A stretch of 64,000 nucleotides of DNA from Bradymonadia bacterium (GCA_046290225.1 JBKAGE010000082.1:96001-160000), one strand, 5' to 3'. Numbered from the stretch's first letter, positions 1 through 10,216 are shown. Notes: generated from the sequence alone by a model not told the origin. Numbers and translations: made by a program.

Positions 1-790
1 TGCTGCTCACCAACCGCTCGAATTTGATCTGCCGCCCGTCGGTGAAGGTGGCGATCTTCTCTGTGAGATCGACGTGCTTCACCGTGGTGTTCAGGGAAAT
101 GTGCTCGTGGCCCACGGCGTCGGCGAGGGCGTCGGAGAGCGAGTGGATGCCGCCGGCCTTCGGGTAGATGAAGGAGGCGTTGTAGCCCATGCCCTCGCGG
201 TTCATGCCCACAGCGCCGGCGACGATGTCGCTCAGTCGCGGCCGAGGCACGAAGCGCTGGCACCACCGGCTGGTGATCTCCGTGGCGGGCACACCCCAGA
301 GCTTGGCGTTGTAGGGCACCATGAAGTGCTTGGCGATGCCCTCGCCGAAGTAGAACTTGATCCAGTCGGCGAAGTTCTCGGGCTCGTCGGCCTCTTCGAT
401 GTGATCGGGCAGGCTGCGATCAGCCTCGATGGCCCCCATCAAGCACTCGTGCACCACATCGGGGGGCAGGCCGTGAATGTTGGCCTGGTATGGATAGAGC
501 GTATACACCCCGTGAGACCAGATGCGGCTGATGCGCTGCACACGGGTGAAGTGATCTTCTCCGAGCAGCCGATACACCAACTGCTGGATGCCCGCGTCTC
601 TCAAGTGCAGCCAGTGACCGGTGATGTCGAAGGCATACCCGTCACGATGCTCGGTGAGGGCTTTGCCGCCCACCACGTCGCCGGACTCGACGATGTGAAA
701 GTCACGGCGACCTTCGAGATGCAACGCAGTGGAAAGCCCCGCGAGGCCCGCGCCGATGATGAGGATCTCGGTGGATTGTGGGGTCTGCAC
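1..790 (-). CDS. FAD-dependent oxidoreductase (protoporphyrinogen oxidase / amine oxidase-like); 3' end runs off the window
   Basis: Not in the ORF track because it is truncated. Manual minus-strand translation gives VQTPQSTEILIIGAGLAGLS...GG...DGYAFDITGHWLH: GxGxxG dinucleotide-binding motif plus the downstream GG motif. Confidence 0.8.
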   Translation of the reverse strand, partial: MQTPQSTEILIIGAGLAGLSTALHLEGRRDFHIVESGDVVGGKALTEHRDGYAFDITGHWLHLRDAGIQQLVYRLLGEDHFTRVQRISRIWSHGVYTLYPYQANIHGLPPDVVHECLMGAIEADRSLPDHIEEADEPENFADWIKFYFGEGIAKHFMVPYNAKLWGVPATEITSRWCQRFVPRPRLSDIVAGAVGMNREGMGYNASFIYPKAGGIHSLSDALADAVGHEHISLNTTVKHVDLTEKIATFTDGRQIKFERLVSS

Positions 791-881
791 CACAGGGACT
801 CCCGGGAAGCCAGATGGCAAAAAGGAATCGGATGCTAATCAAATCACCGAGCTGAAACAACAGAGGGCTATACTCTCGACC

Positions 882-2750
882 ATGTCGAACACCCCCCCAT
901 CCGGAGCGCGAGGCGCAGACCTCCCCTCTGGCGATGCCTCAGAGGGCCCCACGCCCTTCGGGCCATATATGTTGATGGAGCGCATCGGCCTTGGGGGCAT
1001 GGCCGAGATCTGGCGCGCCCGGAAGTACGGCGCGGCGGGGTTCGAGCGTCCGCTGGTGGTGAAGAAGCTGCTCAAGCGGCTCGCCCACACGCCCAGCTTC
1101 ATCCGCATGTTCATCGACGAGGCCAAGCTCGCAGTGAGCTTGCAGCACCCCAATGTGGTGCACGTGTACGATCTCGGCGAGGTGGATCACACATACTTCA
1201 TCGCCATGGAGTACGTGAGCGGCCGCGACCTGCTCAATCTGCTCGTACGCAGCACCCGACAGCGCACTCGGATCCCCGTTCATCTGGCGGTGCACATCGC
1301 CGCCGAGGTGCTCAAGGCCCTCGACGCCGCCCACAACGCCGTCGATCGTCGGGGCAACCCCCTGCGCATCATCCATCGCGACGTGAGCCCTTCGAATGTA
1401 CTGCTGGGCTACACAGGTGTGGTGAAGCTGAGCGACTTCGGGGTGGCCCGGGCCCTCGAAGCCCACCCTTCCATGGCCCCTGCCCCCGATCAGCGCGTTC
1501 GGGGCAAGCTGGGGTACATGAGCCCCGAGCAGGCCGCCCGCAAGACCCTCGATCCACGTTCTGATCTCTTCTGCGTCGCGATTTTGCTCTACGAGATGCT
1601 CGCCATGAACCGCCTCTTCAGGGGTGCAGATGACGAGGTCGTGCGCCAGAATATCGAGATCTGCGACATCGAGCCGGCCATCAGAGCGCTGCCCAGTGAC
1701 GTACCCGATGCCCTCAAAGTGATTTTGAGGCAGGCCCTGCAGCGGGATCCCGACGATCGCTACCCCACGGCCATCGCCTTTCTCGACGCCCTGCTCGATC
1801 ACCAGTTCCGCAGCGGTCACCGTGTGGGCTCGGGTGACGTCGCGGCGCTGATGGATCTGCTCTTCGGCGACGAGCTCGCCGCGGAGCGGGCTCGGCAAGA
1901 CACCCTCGACGATCTGCTGCTCGAGCGTTTTGGTGGGCCGCCGTCTCACAAACCCACCACCAGCCAGGAGATGCCTGCGCTGCAGCCGAACGCCACCCCC
2001 ACCCACTCGCTCCCTGGGGAGCCGCCCGTGTTCTCGGGGAGCTTCGACCGCGTCGACGTGCCCCGCATGCTCTACCGGTACAGCGTCGCCGGGCTCACCG
2101 GGCGCCTGCGCCTGCTCTCTCGGGGCGGCTATCAAGATGTGTACTGGCACCGTGGTCGCCCGGAGCATGTCGCCGGCGGCGGCCCGGAGAGTCGGCTTGG
2201 GGCGCTGTTGCAGCAAAACCGCGTCGTCGACTCGAAGACGCTCCAGGCGGCCACGGCTATGGCCCGTCGAGAGGGCCTGCGTCTCGGCGACGCCCTGCTC
2301 CGCCTCGGGCGGATCCCACCAGAGAGCCTCTACCCTGCGCTGCAATCACAGGCGCGGTGGCGGCTGCTCAACCTCTTCACATGGTCCAAGGGCCGTTATG
2401 CCTTCTTTCGGGATGATCGCCCCGAGGGGCCCATCGTGCCCCTCGACATGGACCCCTGGGCGTTGATCGCCGACGGAATTCGCCATCGCATTGACCTGGG
2501 CGTCGTCAAGGGTTACCTCGAAAAACACAACGGCTCCATGCTGGTTCGGTGTCAGCATCATGCCCTGAGCATCGACGATGTGCCCCTGAGCGACGCTCAG
2601 CGACGCATCTGGTCGGCGATTCGCCCAGAAGGGCCGCTGACACTTCAGCTCCAGTGGGCGGTGCAGGCAGCCGAGGGAGATGAGAGAGAAGCGTTGCGCA
2701 CTGTGTTTCTCATGGAGCGCCTCGACTTCGCATTACTCCTCTCTTCTTGA
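882..2750 (+). CDS. Hanks-type Ser/Thr protein kinase with C-terminal DUF4388-like domain
   Basis: IGLGGMAEIW, VVKK, HRDVSPSN, DFG and GKLGYMSPE motifs; C-terminal 'GRLRL...RLGALL...LFTWSKGRYAF' pattern. ATG at 882 chosen over the ORF-track start at 729. Confidence 0.9.
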   Translation: MSNTPPSGARGADLPSGDASEGPTPFGPYMLMERIGLGGMAEIWRARKYGAAGFERPLVVKKLLKRLAHTPSFIRMFIDEAKLAVSLQHPNVVHVYDLGEVDHTYFIAMEYVSGRDLLNLLVRSTRQRTRIPVHLAVHIAAEVLKALDAAHNAVDRRGNPLRIIHRDVSPSNVLLGYTGVVKLSDFGVARALEAHPSMAPAPDQRVRGKLGYMSPEQAARKTLDPRSDLFCVAILLYEMLAMNRLFRGADDEVVRQNIEICDIEPAIRALPSDVPDALKVILRQALQRDPDDRYPTAIAFLDALLDHQFRSGHRVGSGDVAALMDLLFGDELAAERARQDTLDDLLLERFGGPPSHKPTTSQEMPALQPNATPTHSLPGEPPVFSGSFDRVDVPRMLYRYSVAGLTGRLRLLSRGGYQDVYWHRGRPEHVAGGGPESRLGALLQQNRVVDSKTLQAATAMARREGLRLGDALLRLGRIPPESLYPALQSQARWRLLNLFTWSKGRYAFFRDDRPEGPIVPLDMDPWALIADGIRHRIDLGVVKGYLEKHNGSMLVRCQHHALSIDDVPLSDAQRRIWSAIRPEGPLTLQLQWAVQAAEGDEREALRTVFLMERLDFALLLSS

Positions 2751-2826
2751 CAGATCGCTCCATTATGCGGTCGTTGGGTGGTGCAGACACGGACAGCAAC
2801 CCTCTGGAACCCAGGAGCGACCCCAA

Positions 2827-3333
2827 ATGGGCCATACCATCGACTTCTTCGCGTTGCCGCCAGGCCAGATCGCCAAGGTCCGTCATGCGGAAGGTCTCGA
2901 AGGGTTGCAGCGCCGCCTCAAAGAGCATGGCCAGATGCTCACCAGCCTCAGCCTCGAGTGTGAGCCGGTGAAGGCGTTCAAAGCCCTGGAGAAGCTGCTC
3001 GAGACCCCCCTCGTCTGCCTGCTCGGCGCCGAGGTGGGCCCCCTCGATGGTCGAAAGACTGATCCAAAAGCAGGTTTGATGGGTGCTGATGACGTCTCCG
3101 ACACAGTGGACTGTTTCGAGGGGCTCTCCGAGGCGCTGCACATCGATCTCGAAGAAGCAGACGAAGACGACGACTCTGAACTCTTCGACCTGCGCAGTCT
3201 CGCAGAAGAGACCGCGGATGGCATCGACATGGCATTCGACGACTTCGAAACCTTCGTCGATGAGCTCTTCGAGACCCTGAAGGTGGCCCTCGACAAAGAA
3301 AGGGCCGTGGTGACCCTGGTATCGAGCGCCTGA
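2827..3333 (+). CDS. Hypothetical acidic protein
   Basis: AGGAG RBS before ATG 2827; coding-like codon bias; no family recognised. Confidence 0.6.
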   Translation: MGHTIDFFALPPGQIAKVRHAEGLEGLQRRLKEHGQMLTSLSLECEPVKAFKALEKLLETPLVCLLGAEVGPLDGRKTDPKAGLMGADDVSDTVDCFEGLSEALHIDLEEADEDDDSELFDLRSLAEETADGIDMAFDDFETFVDELFETLKVALDKERAVVTLVSSA

Positions 3334-3538
3334 GCACGACACACAGAGCGCTCGCACAGCCAGGGCCTGCCCGAGAAGACGACCAGCGAGACTACAGCCC
3401 GCCTCTCGAATCTCCGACCCTTGAACCTCCGGCCCTTGAATCTCACAGACGCTTCGGGCGTCATGGGCCCGTCTGCCCACACATGTGGGCGCTCACTCTG
3501 CATTGACTACGGGCCGGGGAGGCCCTGTGGAGGTGGTC

Positions 3539-5761
3539 ATGACCAAGGCTTCTTCTCGCTCTGGCGCCTTACGATTCGCGATGGCGCTGGGCCTCGCCGG
3601 AGGGCTGCTCACTCAGAGCGCGTGCAAGAACATCACTGAGGGTCAGGCAGCGCCAGGCGCTGTCGGTGCCGCCTGCGCCGAAGCCGGCGACTGCGATCAG
3701 GTCGACGGCACGCCCACCTGTCTCAAGATGCCCGACGGGTACTGCTCCACCGACTGCTCCGGGGGTGGCCTCTTCGACTGCGACACCGAGTCGATCTGTG
3801 ATCAGCTCGGCGATCAGGCGTTCTTCTGCCTCGACGGCTGCCTCACCGACAACGGCAGCGGCGACTGCCGCGACGACTACCGCTGCAGCGCGCGCCCTGA
3901 GGTGAGCAACTTCGACGGCCGCGAGGTGGGCGTGTGCGTGCCTACGTGTCAGAGCAACGGCGACTGCGAGGCCGGCCGCCGATGTGACACCAACACCGGC
4001 AACTGTGTGCAGCGCGGCCAGGTGGCCACCGGCGGAGCTTGCAGCAACAACAACAGCTGCAACGGCGGCCTGTGCATCACCGCCGACACCTTCCGCGACG
4101 GCTACTGCTCTGCCCGTTGTGGCAGCCAGTTCGAGGGCTGCGAGCCCGGCAGCCAGTGCGCCGAGCTCTTCGGTGAGTCGGTCTGCCTCAACAGCTGCGG
4201 CAACGACAGTGACTGCCGACAGGGCGAAGGCTACAAGTGCCGCCAGATCGGCACCCGCAAGAACCAGGATGGCGATGACGTCGCCGTGCGGGTCTGCGTG
4301 CCCCGCTGCCAGAGCAACGACGAGTGTGAAGATGGCAGCCACTGCGACATCGACTCGGGTGACTGCCTCGAAGGCGTCGCTGATCCGAACCCCCTCGGGG
4401 CCTTCTGCGACGGCGACGGCGACTGCGAGAGCGGTGCGTGCATCACCGACGCCGCCTGGCCTCGGGGCTACTGCACCTCTGACTGTGGCGACTGCGACGG
4501 CGTCTGTGGCAGCGCCCCTGGTGGCGACGCCTGCCTCGTGGCCTGTGACGGCGATCTCGACTGTCGCCCGGGCTACGTCTGCTCAGGTGGTGGCTGCACC
4601 GCCCCCTGCGCCGGCGACGCAGACTGCGGCGACGGCCTGCGGTGCAACCGGTCTTCCGGCCAGTGCGTGGTGCCCTCCGAGGCAGGCTCGGAGCAGCAGA
4701 TCGTAGACATCGCCTCGGGCGTATCGGTGAGCGGCCAGCTGAGCAACACCCTCACCGTCTCGGTGCCCGAAGGCACCCAGGGCTTCTCCATCCTCGCCGA
4801 CGGCCACGGCAGCGATCTGATGATCATCGGCGAGATGAAGGACCCGAGCGGGCGCACCATTTACGACTTCCAAGACCCCTTCAACAGCGAGGTCCGCTTC
4901 TTCCCCAGCGACGACATCATCACCCAGACCGTGCCCACGAGCCCCCGCTCGGCGCCGGTGGCCGGTGACTACACCTTCCGCCTGATCAAGGACGGCGGCA
5001 GCGCCAACATCGACGTGCGGGCCCTCATCAAGACCGCCGACGGCGATCTCGACGCCGCCACCGTAGATGTGAACTTCGTCTTCGCCCGCCTCAGCGGCGG
5101 CCTGAACGCCGACACCGCCGAGTCCGATACCGCCTTCCAGTCGGCGGTGACCGACATGAAGTCCCTGCTCGGTGCCCGGGGCATCACCGTGGGCGACGTG
5201 TCGTACTGCAACCTGAGCGGCAGCGATCTCGACACCTTCTCTGTTGTGGACTCGGTGGACGGCCCGAGCTCGGAGCTGGGGCGCATGTTCGCCAAGTCCG
5301 GCGACGTCGACGCCCTGGGCTGCAAGGCCGGCGGCCTGAACTTCTTCCTCGTGCAGGAGATCGTCGGCGGCCGCGCGGGCTACATCATCCTCGGCATCGC
5401 CGGGGGCATCCCCGGGCCGCCCCCGGGGATCGACGGCACCAGCCACAGCGGCGTGGCGGTCACCATGGCGGGCTACAGCCGGAACACCCGGCAGATCGCT
5501 CAGACCATGGCCCACGAGGGGGGCCACTTCCTCGGCTTGTTCCACACCACCGAGGCCGAGGGCACCGCCTTCGACCCCCTCAACGACACCCCAGAGTGTC
5601 CCAACAACAACGATCGCAACGGCGACGGCATCGTGGGCTACGACGAGTGCCTCGACGGTGGCGGCGCCCGGAACCTGATGTTCTGGGCCGCCGGCGCCGA
5701 GGCGGAAGACGTGAGCAACGATCAGGGCTTTGTGCTGATCCGCAACCCGGGCCTGAAGTGA
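3539..5761 (+). CDS. Cys-rich repeat lipoprotein with C-terminal metzincin zinc protease domain (M43/pappalysin-like)
   Basis: Lipobox-like LLTQSAC; ~370 aa of GYCS/GYCT Cys-rich repeats; HEGGHFLGLFH (HExxHxxGxxH) and NLMFW Met-turn. Confidence 0.8.
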   Translation: MTKASSRSGALRFAMALGLAGGLLTQSACKNITEGQAAPGAVGAACAEAGDCDQVDGTPTCLKMPDGYCSTDCSGGGLFDCDTESICDQLGDQAFFCLDGCLTDNGSGDCRDDYRCSARPEVSNFDGREVGVCVPTCQSNGDCEAGRRCDTNTGNCVQRGQVATGGACSNNNSCNGGLCITADTFRDGYCSARCGSQFEGCEPGSQCAELFGESVCLNSCGNDSDCRQGEGYKCRQIGTRKNQDGDDVAVRVCVPRCQSNDECEDGSHCDIDSGDCLEGVADPNPLGAFCDGDGDCESGACITDAAWPRGYCTSDCGDCDGVCGSAPGGDACLVACDGDLDCRPGYVCSGGGCTAPCAGDADCGDGLRCNRSSGQCVVPSEAGSEQQIVDIASGVSVSGQLSNTLTVSVPEGTQGFSILADGHGSDLMIIGEMKDPSGRTIYDFQDPFNSEVRFFPSDDIITQTVPTSPRSAPVAGDYTFRLIKDGGSANIDVRALIKTADGDLDAATVDVNFVFARLSGGLNADTAESDTAFQSAVTDMKSLLGARGITVGDVSYCNLSGSDLDTFSVVDSVDGPSSELGRMFAKSGDVDALGCKAGGLNFFLVQEIVGGRAGYIILGIAGGIPGPPPGIDGTSHSGVAVTMAGYSRNTRQIAQTMAHEGGHFLGLFHTTEAEGTAFDPLNDTPECPNNNDRNGDGIVGYDECLDGGGARNLMFWAAGAEAEDVSNDQGFVLIRNPGLK

Positions 5762-5772
5762 GGAGGCTGGTG

Positions 5773-6420
5773 ATGAAGAACTTCCTGTCGATGACTGTGT
5801 GCGCTGGCGCGCTGCTGTTCGCTGGCCAGGCCTTCGCTCAAGGTGTCAGCGGCACCCCCGCTGTGGGTGAGCCCGTGAGCACGGGCCCCGTGAGCGGTAT
5901 GCCTCACGCCCACGCCCCCCGTGGCGCGCTGCCCGCTGCGACCCCCCGTGGCCCTGAGGTCGCCCAGAAGGCCCTCGAGAGCTGGTTCAGGGGCTTCGAG
6001 TTCGTGCCCACCGCCGCCCACTTTGCCCAGTTGGGGCCCGATCTCGAGCCCGCGCTGCTCACCATCGCCCGGAACCACGACGACATGCGGGTCCGGGCCC
6101 GGGCCATCTCCTCGATGGTCTACGCCCCCACCCCGACGGTGAAGCGGTTCCTCGTCGAGTTGTCCACCGACGCCAGCGCAGTGTCGCTCGAGCGCCGTAA
6201 GGCGGTGCTCGTGCTCGCCGATCTGTATGGCGCCGAGGTCCTCGACACGATGGTGAAGGTGTACGATTCGGCTCCCACCGACGCCCCGCTCCGGGAGGCC
6301 TGCGCCCGAGGATTCCGCGCCGCTGGTGAGGCGGGCATGCCCATCCGCCAGCAGATGCTGGGCCGCGAGACCGTGGCCTCGGTGAAGGCCCTGCTCAACG
6401 TCGACAAGCAGCTCCAGTAA
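5773..6420 (+). CDS. Secreted helical-repeat (HEAT-like) hypothetical protein
   Basis: AGGAGG RBS; signal peptide ending AFA; VRARAI / LERRKAV / LREACA helical repeats. Confidence 0.65.
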   Translation: MKNFLSMTVCAGALLFAGQAFAQGVSGTPAVGEPVSTGPVSGMPHAHAPRGALPAATPRGPEVAQKALESWFRGFEFVPTAAHFAQLGPDLEPALLTIARNHDDMRVRARAISSMVYAPTPTVKRFLVELSTDASAVSLERRKAVLVLADLYGAEVLDTMVKVYDSAPTDAPLREACARGFRAAGEAGMPIRQQMLGRETVASVKALLNVDKQLQ

Positions 6421-6456
6421 GGCCGGAACAGTAAAGCCAGAACAGTGAGACAAGGC

Positions 6457-6954
6457 ATGATGCGCACATTCGGGTATGCAGTGGTGGCGGTGTTGATCAC
6501 CGCTGGCGTCAGTCAAGCGGTGCCCACGACCCCCAAGATCCCCGAGGCCAGTCCGAAGATCACCAAAGCCACCCATGGCTGGCGCATCGTCGAGCTGCAC
6601 CAGTCGGCCTGCATGATCAAAGAGGCTGAGCACGAGCCATTGACCTACAACACACAGTCACCTGCCGACTGCACGCGCATCAACCGCGCCTCTGCGGAGC
6701 TGCGGGCCGAGAGCATGCGCCTGCTGCGACTACCAGCGGGTAACTATGTGTTCCGGGTGTTCAACGATGCAGTGCCCTACCCTGTGGGCTTCCAGCTCAA
6801 GGGGGCACAGGATCAAGGCTTGCCCACGGTGAAGGGCGGCGACATCAAGCGAGGCATGTCTCGCGATTTTCGGGTCAAGCTCGAGCCCGGTCGCTATGTA
6901 TATGGGTGTCCGCTCAACCCGACGCCAGACTACCAGCTGATCGTCGAAGAATAG
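6457..6954 (+). CDS. Secreted cupredoxin-like domain protein
   Basis: Signal peptide; C-terminal 'VKLEPGRYVYGCPLNPTPDY' resembles the last strands of the cupredoxin fold. Confidence 0.6.
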   Translation: MMRTFGYAVVAVLITAGVSQAVPTTPKIPEASPKITKATHGWRIVELHQSACMIKEAEHEPLTYNTQSPADCTRINRASAELRAESMRLLRLPAGNYVFRVFNDAVPYPVGFQLKGAQDQGLPTVKGGDIKRGMSRDFRVKLEPGRYVYGCPLNPTPDYQLIVEE

Positions 6955-6965
6955 AGGTGAGCACC

Positions 6966-8273
6966 ATGCCGAAGCCCCACGTCGTCATCATCGGAGGGGG
7001 CTTCGCAGGCCTCGAAGCAGCCAAAACCCTCAAGAAGGCGCCGGTGAAGGTCACTCTCATCGATCGCCGCAACCACCACCTCTTCCAGCCTCTGCTCTAT
7101 CAGGTGGCCACCGCGGGCCTCAGCGCCCCGGACATCGCCGCCCCCATCCGCCAGATTCTGCGCAAGCAGAAGAACACCACGGTGCTCCTCGGCGACGTCG
7201 ATCACATCGACGTAGAGGGCAAACGCGTGTGCATGGGCGACGAGGCCCTCAGCTATGACCACTTGATCCTCGCCGCCGGCGCGGGGAACAACTACTTCGG
7301 CAACGACGACTGGGCTCGACACGCACCGGGGCTCAAATCCGTCGAGGAGGCCCTCTACATTCGCCACAAGGTGCTGCAGGCCTACGAGGCCGCGGAGCGC
7401 ATCGGCGAGCTGAACAGCGCCGCCATCGAGCCCTATCTGACCTTCGTGGTGGTGGGCGGCGGCCCCACGGGCGTCGAGCTCGCCGGTGCCCTCTCGGAGA
7501 TCGCCCACCACACCCTCGCCCGCGACTTTCGCAACTTCGATCCCAAGGCCGCTCGCATCGTGCTCATCGACGGCGGCGCCCGGGTGCTCTCGGGCATGGA
7601 TCCCGAGTCGAGCCAGTGGGCCCTCGAGGCCCTCGCCGACAAGGGGGTGGAGGTGGTGCTCCAAAGCCGGGTGACGGCCATCGACGGCGATGGCGTAACC
7701 TATGGCGACGGGGTGCGGGTGCCGGCGAAGACCATCATCTGGGCTGCAGGGGTGAAGCCCTCGAGCCTCACTGACTGCATTCCCGGGGAGAAGGTGCGTG
7801 GGCATGTGGTGGTGCAACCCGACCTCACGGTGCCCGATCACCCCGAGATCTCGGTGGTGGGCGACGTCATGGCCTTCAAAGAGGGCGACAGCTGGCTGCC
7901 GGGGGTGGCTCAGGTGGCACTGCAGAGCGGTCGACAGGCGGCGAAGAACATCGTGCGCCGTATCCAGGGCGAGACCCCGGAGACGTTCAGCTACTTCGAC
8001 AAGGGCATGATGGCCACCATCGGCCGATCCGCAGCGGTGGTGGAGACCGGTGGCCGCAAGGTCCAGGGGTTCTTCGCCTGGGTCTTGTGGTGGATGGTCC
8101 ACATCATGTTCCTGGTGGGCTTCAGGAACCGCCTCGCGGTGATGTTCGAATGGGTCTACGCGTATTTTACGTGGAGCCGAGGGGCCCGCGTGATCGTGCG
8201 GCCACCTCCGAAAGAGATCTGGCAGGGCGCCGAGACTTCGGAAGAGCCTTCGGCGAGGGAGCAGGCTGGCTGA
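6966..8273 (+). CDS. ndh: Type II NADH:quinone oxidoreductase (NDH-2)
   Basis: IIGGGFAG, HLFQPLLYQVAT, VVGGGPTGVELAG, WAAGV, AQVALQ and YFDKGMMATIGR motifs. Confidence 0.9.
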   Translation: MPKPHVVIIGGGFAGLEAAKTLKKAPVKVTLIDRRNHHLFQPLLYQVATAGLSAPDIAAPIRQILRKQKNTTVLLGDVDHIDVEGKRVCMGDEALSYDHLILAAGAGNNYFGNDDWARHAPGLKSVEEALYIRHKVLQAYEAAERIGELNSAAIEPYLTFVVVGGGPTGVELAGALSEIAHHTLARDFRNFDPKAARIVLIDGGARVLSGMDPESSQWALEALADKGVEVVLQSRVTAIDGDGVTYGDGVRVPAKTIIWAAGVKPSSLTDCIPGEKVRGHVVVQPDLTVPDHPEISVVGDVMAFKEGDSWLPGVAQVALQSGRQAAKNIVRRIQGETPETFSYFDKGMMATIGRSAAVVETGGRKVQGFFAWVLWWMVHIMFLVGFRNRLAVMFEWVYAYFTWSRGARVIVRPPPKEIWQGAETSEEPSAREQAG

Positions 8274-8891
8274 TCACCAGGGGCGCTTCTGCTCGAACTT
8301 GATCTGCTTGCACTTGGCGCCGCCCCACTTGGTGCCCTCGCTCTTCACCATGTAGACCACGTTCTTGTTGGGGTTGAAGGTGAAGCTCTGCTTGCACTTC
8401 TTCGAGCTGTTGCCGGTGCCTATCTTCTTCGCCGCGCCCTTCCCCTTCTTGATGATGTTCTTGCCGCGCTTCTTACCCGTCTTGCCCGTGGCGATGGTGT
8501 ACTCGACCTCCATCTTGTAGGTCTCGCCGTTGTCGCCGAAGCCTGGGGCGTTGACCATGAAGACGTGGCCCCACTCCCGGGTGAGGTTCTGCTGGCGGGT
8601 CTTTTCGAAGATGGCGTGGCCGTCGCTGCCTCGGGTGATCTTGAGCTTCACCTTGTTCACCACGTAGCCGCCCATGTTGCAGTACGACACCACGATGTCG
8701 TCGCCGCTGATGAACCCGTTCTTGAAGTAGCCGCGCACAGCCGAGTGCATGTCCGTGCACTCCCGCTTCTGGTCCTGTTTGAGCCACGACCGCTTCTTGC
8801 TCCAGTCTTTGGCGCTGGCGCTGCTGATGCTGACGAGGCTGCCGGCGGTGAAGAGGCACAGGAACAAGGCGAGCTTATGGGTGAGGCGCAT
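8274..8891 (-). CDS. Secreted Lys-rich hypothetical protein
   Basis: Signal peptide, GGAG RBS, consistent codon bias; ends tail-to-tail with ndh. Confidence 0.7.
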   Translation of the reverse strand: MRLTHKLALFLCLFTAGSLVSISSASAKDWSKKRSWLKQDQKRECTDMHSAVRGYFKNGFISGDDIVVSYCNMGGYVVNKVKLKITRGSDGHAIFEKTRQQNLTREWGHVFMVNAPGFGDNGETYKMEVEYTIATGKTGKKRGKNIIKKGKGAAKKIGTGNSSKKCKQSFTFNPNKNVVYMVKSEGTKWGGAKCKQIKFEQKRPW

Positions 8892-9016
8892 GAAAACTCC
8901 AACATGGTGTGGTGTGCGGCGGCGGTCGACGATTCAGACCGCCAGCGCATTCATCCAAACGATCGAGATTTTTCGGTGAGGCAAGTTAGAGCATCGGTTT
9001 CTTCCGCAACAATGCT

Positions 9017-10216
9017 CTACGGCCGAAAAACACCGTGAAAGACACTGCCAGGGTTGGCCCCTGCAGGGAGCGGGGTGTACCCCTCTGGCTGATCGATCAC
9101 GAGGTTGTCCTGGAACGCCTCAGCGCCGCCACGGATGATCAAGAACGCCCCGCTGAGGTTGGTCTCTCGCGTGCCCACCTCGAGAAATCCGTCGAGCACG
9201 GTGCTGTCGAAGAAGCGCAGGCAGTGATCGTTCTCCGGGCAGGTGGCGTAGTCACCACCGAGGGCCCTCACTCGGGCGCCGATGACCGGCGCGCCCTGGG
9301 CATCGACCACGCGACCCACAAAGGCGCCGCTGGCTTCGAGGGTGCCCCCAGGCAGACCCAGTGCCGTATCCCACTGTGCCTGGAGCGTCTGGGTGTGGGC
9401 ATAAGCGATGGCAGGCAGCGTCTGACCCGCCACTGGCGCCGCGGGGGCCACCCCGGTCACCGAGCGGGTCCAGTCGTCAGCTCCGCCTTCGGGGTTGTCG
9501 TCGGCCACCACCACCAGCTGCTGAGCCGGCCGGGCGGTGATGATCTCGAAGACGCCGCCAGGGCCGATGCCGGTGACGCCCAGGGTGGCATCTTCTGTGG
9601 TGCCTCCGGCGACGATCACCAGCGGATCAATGAGGCTCAGCCCCACCGTGACCCCTGCAGGGAGCGCGCAGCCGGTCTCGAAGTCGAGGGCCAGGCCCGC
9701 CACACAATACTCGTTGCCCACGAGCGCGCGACTGCAGCCCTGGGGGAACGCCCCTGGATCCTGCAGCGGGGGCGGGCACGCCGGCACCTCGGCGTCGGGC
9801 AGGGCCATGTCGGGCTCGGCGTCGGGCATCTCCATGTCGGGCATGGCATCGGCGTTGGGATCAGCATCGGTGAGATCGAGATCGGGCAGATCGAGGTCAG
9901 GCACTGGGGGGCCCATATCCATGGCTGAGGGCAGGCACACCCCATCGACCTCTTCGGTGCCCGGCCCGCAGGCCAGGCCACCGAGGGCCGCGTCGGGCAC
10001 CACGCCGGCGTCGATCTCTTCGGCGACACAGCGGCCCAGCTCATAGCGGGTGCCGGGGCCACAGGCGATGGGGGTGCTGGTGAGGCACTCGTTGCCCTGA
10101 CGGAACGTACCCGGACCACACTCCACCGACTCACAGCCGGAGCCCGCCATCAACAGGGCCACGGGGATCATCAGCGTCGAGAGGCTCACAAGACCCTCGC
10201 GGCTCATTCTGCGCAT
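9017..10216 (-). CDS. Hypothetical lipoprotein (CGPGT repeats, acidic linker)
   Basis: Lipobox-like MAGSGC; three CGPGT repeats; TGATG overlap with the upstream gene. Confidence 0.7.
   Translation of the reverse strand: MRRMSREGLVSLSTLMIPVALLMAGSGCESVECGPGTFRQGNECLTSTPIACGPGTRYELGRCVAEEIDAGVVPDAALGGLACGPGTEEVDGVCLPSAMDMGPPVPDLDLPDLDLTDADPNADAMPDMEMPDAEPDMALPDAEVPACPPPLQDPGAFPQGCSRALVGNEYCVAGLALDFETGCALPAGVTVGLSLIDPLVIVAGGTTEDATLGVTGIGPGGVFEIITARPAQQLVVVADDNPEGGADDWTRSVTGVAPAAPVAGQTLPAIAYAHTQTLQAQWDTALGLPGGTLEASGAFVGRVVDAQGAPVIGARVRALGGDYATCPENDHCLRFFDSTVLDGFLEVGTRETNLSGAFLIIRGGAEAFQDNLVIDQPEGYTPLPAGANPGSVFHGVFRP

Noticed and set aside
74..838. 254-aa plus-strand ORF
   Set aside because: Antisense shadow of the truncated minus-strand FAD oxidoreductase.
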